64,000 bases of DNA from Candidatus Pacearchaeota archaeon CG_4_10_14_0_2_um_filter_35_33 (GCA_002792635.1 PFOR01000027.1:2563-66562); one strand, 5' to 3'. Positions 36,590 to 45,835 are shown, counted from the stretch's first letter. Notes: generated by a model from the letters alone, not told the origin. Numbers and translations: made by a program.

Positions 36590-36883
36590 ATGGCAATAAA
36601 TAAGAAATATGAATCTTCTTGGGGAGATATGAAACAAGAAGAATGGGATGAAAATAATCCTGGGATGTTTTGGGGTTGTACTGCGGATGTGTCTAATCAT
36701 TATACGGGCGTAGGAAATCCCGTTTGCATCTATAACTCTTGTAAATTAGAAATAGACTGGGAAACTTATTGTGAATCTGACTTCACTCAAGGAGATATCA
36801 AAAATTGTGGTGACCCTCCCTGGACTGATAAAAGAATGACAAATGGCTTGACTTGTGGAGAACTTCTGGAAAGGTGTGGATAG
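36590..36883 (+). CDS. Cys-rich protein, probably the C-terminal continuation of 36230-36538
   Basis: It is in the same frame as the upstream ORF, and the 17 codons between the TAG and this ATG are open (VDSDCVKVGAEVCNKIF). It has no signal peptide and no correctly spaced TATA of its own. Confidence 0.45.
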   Translation: MAINKKYESSWGDMKQEEWDENNPGMFWGCTADVSNHYTGVGNPVCIYNSCKLEIDWETYCESDFTQGDIKNCGDPPWTDKRMTNGLTCGELLERCG

Positions 36884-36948
36884 ACACAAGTTTTAAATAA
36901 GCAATTATTTAAACAAATATATCTTATTATAAGAAGGAGAATAAAAAT

Positions 36949-37671
36949 ATGGAGATGCCTATGGAAATGCAACATCAAGCAATGGGTTATGACAGAGCTG
37001 CGACTATGTTCTCGCCCGATGGACATTTATTGCAAGTAGAATATGCTGAGAAGACTGTTAGATTGGGAGGCACTAGCATAGGTCTTGTATGTAGCGATGG
37101 AGTTTTAATTATGGCTGACAAAAGGATTAGGGATAAGTTGATTGCCCCTGAATCTGCTGATAAGGTGTTTGAGATTGATGAGCATGTGATTGTGACTGCA
37201 GCAGGGATAATGAGTGATGCGAGAGTCTTGATAGATAAAGCTCAATTATTGGCTCAACAAAATAGGGTGAATTATGGAAGCCCTATAGAACCAGTTTCTG
37301 TAATAAAAATGATTGCAGACAGTAAGCAGATGTTTACTCAGTATGGTGGGGCAAGACCATTTGGCGTTGCTGTGATGTTGGGAGGAACTCATAAAGGAGA
37401 ATCACACCTATATACGACAGATGTTACTGGAAACTACTTTTCTTATAAGGCGAACGCGATTGGAGAAGATGATGAACCAATTAAAGAGAAACTTAGAAAG
37501 GACTACAAGGAAATGCCAATAGACCAAGGAATAAGTTTCTTGTTGAAGATATTCAAAGAGATTTTAGGGAAGAACTTTGACATTGGAAGATTTGACACTT
37601 GTTATATTAAAAAGAGTGACAACAAGATTGTGAGATTGCAGGGCGATAAATTAAAGAAGTATGTTAAATAA
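36949..37671 (+). CDS. psmA: Proteasome subunit alpha
   Basis: YDRAATMFSPDGHLLQVEYA signature. An AAGGAG Shine-Dalgarno sequence lies 9 nt upstream. Confidence 0.9.
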   Translation: MEMPMEMQHQAMGYDRAATMFSPDGHLLQVEYAEKTVRLGGTSIGLVCSDGVLIMADKRIRDKLIAPESADKVFEIDEHVIVTAAGIMSDARVLIDKAQLLAQQNRVNYGSPIEPVSVIKMIADSKQMFTQYGGARPFGVAVMLGGTHKGESHLYTTDVTGNYFSYKANAIGEDDEPIKEKLRKDYKEMPIDQGISFLLKIFKEILGKNFDIGRFDTCYIKKSDNKIVRLQGDKLKKYVK

Positions 37672-38342
37672 TGGCAATAGTTGAAGCAAAGAAAAGAATT
37701 GGAAGCAAGGTTTATGAAGTTTCTGTTGAGTTTGATGAGGCGATGAAGGTTAAGAAAGGTGAAGGGGACATTGCGAGTGCGTTAAATTCTCCAAATGTTT
37801 TTTATGATGCTAAGAAGGGATTGAAGGCGAGTAATGAAGATTTGAAGGATGATTTTGGGACGGATGATGTGTATGAAGTTGCAAAAAAAATTATCAAGGA
37901 AGGTGAATTGCAAAAGCCTCAAGAATTTAGAGATGCTGAAAGAGAAAAAAGAGTAAAACAGGTTGTTGATTTGATTTTGCGGAATGCTGTGGACCAACAT
38001 GGTAAACCATATACAGAGGATAGGATTAGAAGAGCCATTGATGAAGTGCATTATAGTTTTGACAACAGGCCTGCTGAACAACAGATGAAGGAAGTTGTTG
38101 AGAAATTGAAAGTTATAATCCCAATAAGTTTGCAGATTAAGAGATTGAAGTTAACAATTCCTGCTCAGTATACGGGACAAGTTTATGGAGTATTGCAAGA
38201 TTACAAGGAAAAAGAAGACTGGAAAAATAATGGAGATTTAGAGGTTGTTATTAGTATTCCTGCGGGAATGCAGTTGGATTTCTTTGACAAGTTGAATAAT
38301 GTTACCCATGGGGCTGTCCAGAGCGAGGAATTAGCAAGCTAG
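37671..38342 (+). CDS. sdo1: SBDS/Sdo1 ribosome maturation protein
   Basis: FYDAKKGLKASNEDLKDDFGTDDVYEVAKKIIKEGELQ is typical of the SBDS N-terminal (FYSH) domain. It sits in the conserved position after psmA. Confidence 0.85.
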   Translation: MAIVEAKKRIGSKVYEVSVEFDEAMKVKKGEGDIASALNSPNVFYDAKKGLKASNEDLKDDFGTDDVYEVAKKIIKEGELQKPQEFRDAEREKRVKQVVDLILRNAVDQHGKPYTEDRIRRAIDEVHYSFDNRPAEQQMKEVVEKLKVIIPISLQIKRLKLTIPAQYTGQVYGVLQDYKEKEDWKNNGDLEVVISIPAGMQLDFFDKLNNVTHGAVQSEELAS

Positions 38343-38345
38343 TAG
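38336..38345. repeat. Left copy of the 10-bp direct repeat AAGCTAGTAG (putative target-site duplication)
   Basis: It is identical to 46165-46174 and contains the SBDS TAG stop. Confidence 0.65.
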
Positions 38346-38369
38346 TGCATTGTTGCATTGTTGGGACTT
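38346..38369. repeat. Left terminal inverted repeat of the island
   Basis: 38348-38369 reads CATTGTTGCATTGTTGGGACTT. The reverse complement of 46142-46163 reads CATTGTTGCATCTACGGGACTT, so 18 of 22 positions are identical. Confidence 0.65.
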
Positions 38370-38405
38370 TTTCTTGATTGTTTTTAAAACATGATTAAAT
38401 AAAAG

Positions 38406-39326
38406 TTAATTTTCAGTTTTGTTTTCTTTATTGGTATTCAAAATAATGACAAAATTACTTATCGCTGAGAATTCTTTAAACATATCTAGAAAGAAATGAA
38501 TAACAACAGGATTTTTCTCTTTCAAAATTTCTAAAGAATCTTCGCTTATTGTTTCTCTTTCATCTAAGAAAGATTTAATTTTAATCATATCTTGGTTTTG
38601 ATAAGCACTCATAAGTTCTTGATAAAAATCCTTAGTCTTTTTTATTAAATTGGATTCTATTTCATTAAGTTTTGAATTATTATCTTTTGCATATTTATAC
38701 GAATAAATTATTGATCTTGAAATATTCAAGAGCCCTATTAAAAAATTATAAGCATATTTCGACGTATTCTTGCCAAAAACTAAATTCTTATTTATTAGTC
38801 TTTTTGAGAGATTAATAAGTTTTGTTACAACTTTATGTATCTCTAAAGTTTCGTCAAAATTAGAATAACTTTTTTTCTCAATATCCTCAATAAAATAATC
38901 AAATTGCGAGAGAATCTGAAATAAAATTCTTTTTACGTTGTTGTCAAACTCTATTGTATCAATTGACGCTACAGCTTTTATTATGCAATGTTTTGGATTA
39001 CTTTCAACAATTTCAAAGCCAGTAAGTTCAGCCAACACTTTTCTGATTAGGGATAATTGTTTTTGTTCAGTATAATTTATTTTGATTTCATCAAATCCAT
39101 AGGTATAAAGATGAGAAAGAATGCGGTTAATATACCATTCTCTTTCATTGGAAAAATTTATTTCAATTGACAAAAACTTTGTTTTTTCTGGACTTATAAT
39201 TAAGCCTCTTTCAGAAATATCTATGTTTAAAAATTGTCCTTTCTTTATGTTATTGCTTTTAACCCATTTTGATGGTAATGACAAACTTAATGTGCTATTT
39301 CCATGCTGAACTATCTTTCTTTTCAT
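38406..39326 (-). CDS. AbrB/SpoVT-domain + PhoU-like domain regulator
   Basis: N-terminus KIVQHGNSTLSLSLPSKWVKSNNIKKGQFLNIDISERGLIISP is a SpoVT-AbrB fold motif. The C-terminus is a helical PhoU-like repeat region. Confidence 0.7.
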   Translation of the reverse strand: MKRKIVQHGNSTLSLSLPSKWVKSNNIKKGQFLNIDISERGLIISPEKTKFLSIEINFSNEREWYINRILSHLYTYGFDEIKINYTEQKQLSLIRKVLAELTGFEIVESNPKHCIIKAVASIDTIEFDNNVKRILFQILSQFDYFIEDIEKKSYSNFDETLEIHKVVTKLINLSKRLINKNLVFGKNTSKYAYNFLIGLLNISRSIIYSYKYAKDNNSKLNEIESNLIKKTKDFYQELMSAYQNQDMIKIKSFLDERETISEDSLEILKEKNPVVIHFFLDMFKEFSAISNFVIILNTNKENKTEN

Positions 39327-39436
39327 TACTTTCTTAAATACACAATAATATATAAATCTTTTGAAAATATGTATTTATATACAAATTATAAATATAAACA
39401 CCAAAAGTATATATTTCTCTGCATCTTTATGATTTT

Positions 39437-40144
39437 ATGAGTATAAATTTGCCTCAAATAAATTATGGAAAATTGAAAGGAAGAGTTGAAGATGAACAAA
39501 ATATTGTTTACTATAGGAGGGGGCTTGAAGAGTTATCTTTGAATGTAACAAATGCTTGTCCCAATGCTTGCGCATTTTGCATACGTGACAGAGATCTAGG
39601 ATGGGGTGTTTCAAATCTGTATCTTTCCAGAGATCCTAGTGCTGAAGAAATTATGCAAGCATATGATGAAGAATCTGAGAAAATTTTAGCTTTAGGAGTT
39701 GATATCAAAAAAATAAAAATTTGTGGTTATGGTGAGCCGATACTTAGGTTTGAAGATCTGAAACCAATCGCAAGACATATCAGAGAAAGGGATAGCAATG
39801 ATAATTTAGAAATACAGGTTACAACTACTGGATGGCCTTATTTTAGATTTATTAGTCCGGATGCAAGAAGAATTAGCGAACTTAAAGAGGCAGGCGTATC
39901 TCATATCTATCTTAGTGTTAATGCGTTAGACAAAAAAAACTATGATAAATTAGTAAGACCCGGAATTAACGAAATTGATAATGATGCTTTTAGTGATGCC
40001 TTAAAATTTGGCGCGGGGGCAAAAAAAGCAGGTCTTGATGTTACTTTGGGATTCATACGACTTGGGAAAATAACTAATGAAAAAGTAAAATCATTTGCTG
40101 AAAGATATGGTATGAGATATAGATTACGAGATTTTGAGGAGTAA
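39437..40144 (+). CDS. Small radical SAM enzyme (235 aa)
   Basis: CX3CX2C cluster motif NACPNACAFCIR and GYGEPIL glycine-rich SAM motif. TATA lies 29 nt upstream of the ATG. Confidence 0.8.
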   Translation: MSINLPQINYGKLKGRVEDEQNIVYYRRGLEELSLNVTNACPNACAFCIRDRDLGWGVSNLYLSRDPSAEEIMQAYDEESEKILALGVDIKKIKICGYGEPILRFEDLKPIARHIRERDSNDNLEIQVTTTGWPYFRFISPDARRISELKEAGVSHIYLSVNALDKKNYDKLVRPGINEIDNDAFSDALKFGAGAKKAGLDVTLGFIRLGKITNEKVKSFAERYGMRYRLRDFEE

Positions 40145-40145
40145 A

Positions 40146-40913
40146 ATGGAAGAAACATATGTTAAAGATTATTTTAGTAGGAAGGGGACAGTTTCCTCAT
40201 GGCGGGAACCAGAAACAGGTGATAAATCACATATTTTTGCAAGAGAGATTAAAATATTGGAGGAAATGTTAGATGGGGAAAAGGCAACTGATGCTCTAGA
40301 TATCGCATGTGGGAAGGGAAGGATCTCAAGAACGTTAAACCAAAGAAGACTAAAAACTATTTCTTTAGACATTTTTCAAGAAATGCTTGATATTGGTTAT
40401 CAGAGAGGCGATATTGCCAAAATGCATAGGGGGGATGGAGAAAATTTACATTTTGATGACGAATCTTTTGACGTAGTTACTTGCATTGATGCTCTAGTCC
40501 ATTTCCCAAACTATAAAAAAGCAATTAGCGAAGCTTATCGGATTCTCAGACCAAATGGTGTTTACCTTTGTACGACTAGTAATCCTTATGATTTAGGATT
40601 TATTCCGAGAGTTATATCAAAAGGTATAAGGGCAATTTTTAATAGAGAATCAAGTAGTAAAGGAGAAGGAATATTTCGATATATTACACCAAGTGAAATG
40701 AGAGGAGTCTTAACAAATCAGGGATTTCAAATAGAAGAAGAAACAAGATTGGGAGTTTTGGCTCCAGTTGAAGTTAAGAGTAAGAATGGAAAATATTTCT
40801 ACTTAATTTCGGAATCATTTTCAAGAAGATATGATAATTTAGACAGGGTGTTGGAAAATCTTCCAGTAATTAATAAATTGGCGATAATTTCAGTTTACAA
40901 AGCAAGAAAATGA
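40146..40913 (+). CDS. Class I SAM-dependent methyltransferase
   Basis: ALDIACGKGRIS motif I and FDVVTCIDALVHFPN. The ATG lies 1 nt after the radical SAM stop. Confidence 0.8.
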   Translation: MEETYVKDYFSRKGTVSSWREPETGDKSHIFAREIKILEEMLDGEKATDALDIACGKGRISRTLNQRRLKTISLDIFQEMLDIGYQRGDIAKMHRGDGENLHFDDESFDVVTCIDALVHFPNYKKAISEAYRILRPNGVYLCTTSNPYDLGFIPRVISKGIRAIFNRESSSKGEGIFRYITPSEMRGVLTNQGFQIEEETRLGVLAPVEVKSKNGKYFYLISESFSRRYDNLDRVLENLPVINKLAIISVYKARK

Positions 40914-41842
40914 TCTCTATAATTATTTCTGCCCATAATGAAGAAAAGAATATAAAAAATATACTTGAAGATGTAATAAAAGAAATGAGTTTATTAAGAG
41001 AAGATAGTAAATTATTCATCGGATTGAGCGGTTGTACTGATAAAACAGAAAAAATTGCAAGAGATACAATAAAGAATCATGATCAAAAAATCTTAATTGT
41101 AAAAACTCCCTTAGGTAAGATTAGTTCTCAAAAGAAGATTATTAAATTGGTAAATGAAAAATCTTGGGGGATTTTATTTTTAGATTGTGATGTACGGCTT
41201 AAAAAATATGCAATAAGGAACATAGTAGCTGACGCAAGAAGATATCAAAAAGTAAAAATGTTTTATGCGAAAGAAATTCCTCTTCCAAGAAAGAGCATTT
41301 TCTATAATATAATAAATGTTAGAACCTTAAATCCAAACTACGTAATAGCAAAAGAAAATGTATCTGACTTTCATCCATATATTAAGAATAAAAATAAAAA
41401 GGTATTCGCAACAGGGGGTATGTATCTCATAAGAAGAGGAATTTATGACGTTGATGGAAAAACTATTGGCGATGATAGTTATTTGACTCATTCCATCTAC
41501 CATAGATTTGGTTTTGGAACTATTAAACAAACAGAGAATGCAATTGTTTATTATCAGCCGGTTTATACTTTTAGAAGTTGGATAAAAAAATGGGAGAGGA
41601 TATGGAGCGATATAAACAATTTATATTCATATCATCCTGAATTTAAATATCAGGAGAAATATATGAAACTAAAAATAGGTTTCAGAAAGCTCATTAAAGA
41701 AAGAAAAATAAAATTGATCATTTTCTTTTCTTTTGAACGAACATGGAATAATATTGGGGGATTTGTCTTTAGAAAATTTCTTCTTAACAAAGAGAGTAAA
41801 TGGGACCAATTAAAAGATACTAAAGAGGTAATATTCAAATGA
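40910..41842 (+). CDS. Family 2 glycosyltransferase
   Basis: ISIIISAHNEEKNI N-terminus and an FLDCDV (DxD-like) motif. ATGA overlap with the previous gene. Confidence 0.85.
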   Translation: MISIIISAHNEEKNIKNILEDVIKEMSLLREDSKLFIGLSGCTDKTEKIARDTIKNHDQKILIVKTPLGKISSQKKIIKLVNEKSWGILFLDCDVRLKKYAIRNIVADARRYQKVKMFYAKEIPLPRKSIFYNIINVRTLNPNYVIAKENVSDFHPYIKNKNKKVFATGGMYLIRRGIYDVDGKTIGDDSYLTHSIYHRFGFGTIKQTENAIVYYQPVYTFRSWIKKWERIWSDINNLYSYHPEFKYQEKYMKLKIGFRKLIKERKIKLIIFFSFERTWNNIGGFVFRKFLLNKESKWDQLKDTKEVIFK

Positions 41843-42435
41843 AGACAATCTTGTTAGAAGGAACTGAATTAAGTGGGAAAACAACACTTGCAAAAAGCGT
41901 TAGACAAAAGTTGACAAACGAAGGATTTAATATTGTTATTAATTCAGGCCCAATAAATAAGACTTCAAATTTGGTGAACACTCCCTTAAATATCGCTAAA
42001 AAAATACACTCACCATCCCTTAAAGAACTCTTATATACTTTAAGTTTGATTACAGATAGAGTTCCAAAAGAAATGTATCTGGAAGTTGATTTCTTTATGC
42101 AAGAAAGATACTTTCCAAGCGTAATTGCTTATTCAAGAGTGTTTAATTCTTTTGGGATTAATAGATATGTTGGCGATTATCTTCAAAGGTTATATCCTTC
42201 TTTTGATATTAATATTTTAGTTAAAACTAGTTTAGAAACAAGATTGGAAAGAATTAAAACTAGAAATATAAAAACGAAGTTGGACGAGATTATTGAAGAA
42301 AAACCACAAATCGCATCGGATTTAGAAAGAGAAATTCAGAGAGTTTTATGTAAAAAAAGAAACTATTTTGAGTTAAATACTGATGAGATGAACATTGATG
42401 AAGCAACAGAAGAAATTTATAGGAGGATAATATGA
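41839..42435 (+). CDS. P-loop kinase, thymidylate-kinase-like fold
   Basis: ILLEGTELSGKTTLAK (compare the Tmk motif EGxDGSGKTT), DRV and ERYFPSVIAYS segments collinear with Tmk. Substrate unknown. Confidence 0.6.
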   Translation: MKTILLEGTELSGKTTLAKSVRQKLTNEGFNIVINSGPINKTSNLVNTPLNIAKKIHSPSLKELLYTLSLITDRVPKEMYLEVDFFMQERYFPSVIAYSRVFNSFGINRYVGDYLQRLYPSFDINILVKTSLETRLERIKTRNIKTKLDEIIEEKPQIASDLEREIQRVLCKKRNYFELNTDEMNIDEATEEIYRRII

Positions 42436-43040
42436 ATATCCTAATTGTTGGAGCACATCCTGACGATTACGAATTAGGGATGGCAGGGACCATAAAAAAA
42501 CATATTGTAGAAGGGCATAATATAATTTCAATTATTATGTCAAATGGAGAAGCTATAGGAAATACTAATGAGCGAGTAAAGGAAGCAAAAAAATCTGCCA
42601 AATTCTTAGGTATAAAGACGATTTATTTTTTAAAATTTAAAGATACAAAAATAAGTTCAGGTATAGAGTCAATTAAAAAAATTGAACAAATCATTAAAAA
42701 GCATAAAATAGATAGAATATATACTCATTCATTGAGAGATACACATCAGGACCATAGGAACACTTGTCTGGCTGTTCTTTCCGCAGGAAGAAATATGAAA
42801 CAGATATTATTTTTTGAGTCTCCTTCATCAGATCTGGATTTTAGACCAACTTTCTTTATTGATATTTCCAATTATCTAAAAGAAAAGGTAAATTCATTAA
42901 ATATATACAAATCCCTATCAAAGCTAAAAAAAAGATACCTAGAAATTATGGCGATAAAAGATAGCGCATCTTTTAGAGGATATCAGAGTAATTTAAAATA
43001 TGCAGAATGTTTTGAAGTTTTTAGGTTTATAGAAAGATGA
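42432..43040 (+). CDS. PIG-L/LmbE-family deacetylase
   Basis: VGAHPDDYELGMAG and HQDH metal-binding motifs. Confidence 0.85.
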   Translation: MNILIVGAHPDDYELGMAGTIKKHIVEGHNIISIIMSNGEAIGNTNERVKEAKKSAKFLGIKTIYFLKFKDTKISSGIESIKKIEQIIKKHKIDRIYTHSLRDTHQDHRNTCLAVLSAGRNMKQILFFESPSSDLDFRPTFFIDISNYLKEKVNSLNIYKSLSKLKKRYLEIMAIKDSASFRGYQSNLKYAECFEVFRFIER

Positions 43041-43735
43041 AAATAACAATACACCAACCAAATTTCTTACCTTATTTAGGATTTTTTGATAAATGTGATT
43101 ATGCAGACATATTGGTTTTATATGATTCTACACAATTTAAAAAAAATGATTATCAAAATAGAAATAAAATTAAAGGAAAAGATGGATGGTTCTGGTTGAC
43201 AGTTCCAGTTAATTACAATTTCAGTGATGCAATAAATGAAGTAAAAATTGATAACTCAAAAGAATGGAAAAAAGACCACATAAGATCATTAGAAACATGT
43301 TATTCGGGTTCAAAATATTTTAATCGGTACTTCCCAAAAATAAGAGAAATCTATGAAAAAAATTGGAGTTTTATATCAAATTTTAATATAGGTTTAATTA
43401 GGTTTGTACTTAATGAATTGGGAATAAAATGTAAAGTTGTTTTATCTTCAGAACTAAAGATTAAAAATAATGGAACTGAGGCTCTAATTGAAATATGTAA
43501 AAAGTTAAAATCAGCAGGATATGTTTCTGGAAAAGATGGAAAAAAATATTTGGAGATAAAATCATTCAAAAAAGAAGGATTGGCTATAGAATTTCAAAAA
43601 TATCAGCACCCAGAATACAACCAAAAATTTGGAGAATTTAAACCTTATATGTGTATATTGGATTTACTATTTAATGAAGGACCGAATAGTTTAAAAGTAA
43701 TAAGAGATGGAAGATATTATGAAAGCGAATGTTAG
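43037..43735 (+). CDS. WbqC-like family protein
   Basis: MKITIHQPNFLPYLGFFDK...YQNRNKI...WLTVPV matches the WbqC family N-terminal pattern. Confidence 0.8.
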   Translation: MKITIHQPNFLPYLGFFDKCDYADILVLYDSTQFKKNDYQNRNKIKGKDGWFWLTVPVNYNFSDAINEVKIDNSKEWKKDHIRSLETCYSGSKYFNRYFPKIREIYEKNWSFISNFNIGLIRFVLNELGIKCKVVLSSELKIKNNGTEALIEICKKLKSAGYVSGKDGKKYLEIKSFKKEGLAIEFQKYQHPEYNQKFGEFKPYMCILDLLFNEGPNSLKVIRDGRYYESEC

Positions 43736-44153
43736 AGTTTCAGGCATTGTCTTTAAAGAAGAAAAAGTGGCTCTAGTCAAGCATGAAAATAAGTATAATG
43801 GAGTTTATTATCTTCTCCCCGGAGGAGGATTGGAAAGAGATGAAACAATTGAGGAATGCGCAATAAGAGAGGTAAAAGAAGAAATAGGATTAGATGTTAA
43901 GATTAAGTCTCTTGCATATTATGAAGATGTAGTTAGTGATGATGATCACACGTTACATTTAATTTTTAGATGCAAGATTATCGGAGGAAAAGTTGAGAAC
44001 TTGGACCCAGATAAGAAAGTTAAAGATATAATTTTTATGGATGAAGAAGAATTTAGGAAAGTAAAATTTTTCCCAGAAAAACTTAAAAAAACTCTTTTTT
44101 CAGAAAAAGATAATGACTTTCCCCTATCTTTAGGAAAAACCCCCTTTCCATAA
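43707..44153 (+). CDS. NUDIX hydrolase
   Basis: Nudix box GGGLERDETIEECAIREVKEEIGL. An alternative ATG lies at 43719. Confidence 0.85.
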   Translation: MEDIMKANVRVSGIVFKEEKVALVKHENKYNGVYYLLPGGGLERDETIEECAIREVKEEIGLDVKIKSLAYYEDVVSDDDHTLHLIFRCKIIGGKVENLDPDKKVKDIIFMDEEEFRKVKFFPEKLKKTLFSEKDNDFPLSLGKTPFP

Positions 44154-44156
44154 TCT

Positions 44157-44849
44157 CTATTTTTTAGTAGCTTTAATTATCAATATATCTCCCAGAAGGA
44201 GGGATCTATTTTTAGGAAACATAAAAACAGATAAAATTCTATAGGACATATCTGAAAAGAAATTTAATACAGCATAATTAAATTTTTTAAATAAATTATC
44301 TTTATCAGTATAATAAAGAGTGTACCCTGATGTCCTATTTTCAGTTATTTTATCTATTTTAAAATTATACTTTTCAAGCAAAAAGATAATCTCCCCCAAA
44401 TATAATGGATGGATATGCCGAGAACCTTTATTTCCAAATTCATTTTCTTGAAACCAATGAAATTCTGATTTGAATAGAAATTGAAGTTTTGATTTTACAT
44501 TCTGGATATTTGGAGTAGTTATTATAAGTTGCCCATTCTTCTTTATCACTCTACTTAATTCTTTTATGAATATTGCAGGATTTTCTAAATGCTCAATTAC
44601 TTCAACAGATACTATTTTATCAAAAAAAGAATTGTTAAATGGAATATTATTATTGAAATTTGCTTTTTTGAATGGAATCTTTAATCTAAATCTACTAGGA
44701 TCAATATCGCAAGCATATATCTTTCCATCTTTGTTAACTAATTGTTCTGTAAAAGAACCTTTTCCAGCACCGCAATCTAAGACTTTCTCACCCTTTATAT
44801 CTCCTAGCAATTCAAGTACTTTTTCATGTGTTCCTTTTGATGCTCCCAT
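44157..44849 (-). CDS. Class I SAM-dependent methyltransferase
   Basis: VLDCGAGKGSFT motif I and FDKIVSVEVIEHLENP. The ATG at 44849 fits a TATA at 44871-44878. Confidence 0.8.
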   Translation of the reverse strand: MGASKGTHEKVLELLGDIKGEKVLDCGAGKGSFTEQLVNKDGKIYACDIDPSRFRLKIPFKKANFNNNIPFNNSFFDKIVSVEVIEHLENPAIFIKELSRVIKKNGQLIITTPNIQNVKSKLQFLFKSEFHWFQENEFGNKGSRHIHPLYLGEIIFLLEKYNFKIDKITENRTSGYTLYYTDKDNLFKKFNYAVLNFFSDMSYRILSVFMFPKNRSLLLGDILIIKATKK

Positions 44850-44888
44850 CAATTGAAGAGGTTTTCTATAATTTAAATTACTTTCTAA

Positions 44889-45812
44889 TTATACCTTACT
44901 CATCTTTATCAAATCCAACCACCTATTTTTCCCTAGTTCTAATTCTGGAATAGCTAACTCATAAGGACGGCAATTAATTCCCTGATGTTTTCTTATGAAG
45001 TTGTAATAAATTTCATAACCTTTCATGATTGCAGAAGCAGATTCCATACAACCATGAAAGCCACGCATGACTTTTGTTCTTTCTCTAATTGAGTTATGCA
45101 ATCTTTCTATTGGATGATTAAAGCCTCTTTCTGAAGCAATAACTACATTATGAATAATTGGACTTTTATGGTTCCAATGGGTTTTTAACCCAAAACTTTT
45201 CTTTAACATTCTTGGATAACCTTTAAGTCAGTCAGTTGTAATAACTTTAGCTTGGTTTCCTGTTGCAAACTTACCCCTTTTCAAGACTTTGACCATGTTA
45301 TCAATTGTCCTGCTTTTCATGTAGCCAGAAGAAACCATAAAACGAGTTGTTGTGTCCATCATATCAACAAACCAATTTTGTTCTCTTCCTTTTTGATTTT
45401 TGCTTATTCTTCTGTGATATTCCATTTCATCAGATTGTAATTCAATTCCCGATTTAATTTGTAAGTTATCTGTTAGATTGCTTATCATAACTGCATACTT
45501 CGCAATCCAACGATAAGCAGTAGAATAATGGCAATTTTTAGGGTAGAACGCTTTTAGATGCTCTTGTATTTTCCTAAAACTCATCCCATTATAATATAGG
45601 TCCATATAAAGAGTTATTTTCTTTTCATGATTTTTCATCTTGTAAAATCCATCGTCAATAGAAAATCTCCTATTGCAATCTTTACAACCAAATCTCTGAA
45701 CATTGTCTCTATGTTCAGTTTTTCTTATTCCTCTCCTGATTACATTGTTAGAACTACAAAAAATACAGGAAACTTTTTTATACTTCTGTTCTATTATTTC
45801 TTTGGATTTCAT
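44889..45812 (-). pseudogene. IS6-family transposase interrupted by one in-frame TGA (codon at 45228-45230)
   Basis: N-terminal CxxC...CxxC Zn finger and an HTH. DDE contexts SDEMEY, VITTD, and NHPIERLHNSIRERTKVMRGF...IRKHQ (compare IS26 NNVIECDHGKLKRI..GFKS...LRKGQ). The two ORF-track ORFs are in the same frame: ...VITTD*LKGYPRMLKK... Confidence 0.75.
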
Positions 45813-45835
45813 TTGTTTAGCGACGTTTGGAATCT

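Noticed and set aside
39349-39381. Palindrome TATATAAAT...ATTTATATA between the AbrB-PhoU gene and the radical SAM operon as an operator
   Set aside because: The arms coincide with or neighbour the TATA elements of the divergent promoters. Such AT palindromes are expected by chance in this spacer, so there is no independent support.
45228-45230. TGA in the transposase as evidence for UGA-to-Gly or Trp recoding (alternative genetic code)
   Set aside because: TGA terminates well-conserved genes at the expected position, for example argS at 2295-2297. The genome therefore uses TGA as a stop, and a single nonsense mutation is the simpler explanation.
45254-45272. IS6-IR-like sequence GGTTTCCTGTTGCAAACTT inside the transposase coding region, 24 nt from the in-frame TGA
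   Set aside because: It strikingly resembles the IS257/IS26 terminal repeat. However, the protein is collinear with IS6 transposases across this point (KFATGNQAKVITTD), so no element boundary lies here. I cannot exclude chance, since a specific 10-mer is expected about 0.1 times in 128 kb of two-strand sequence.
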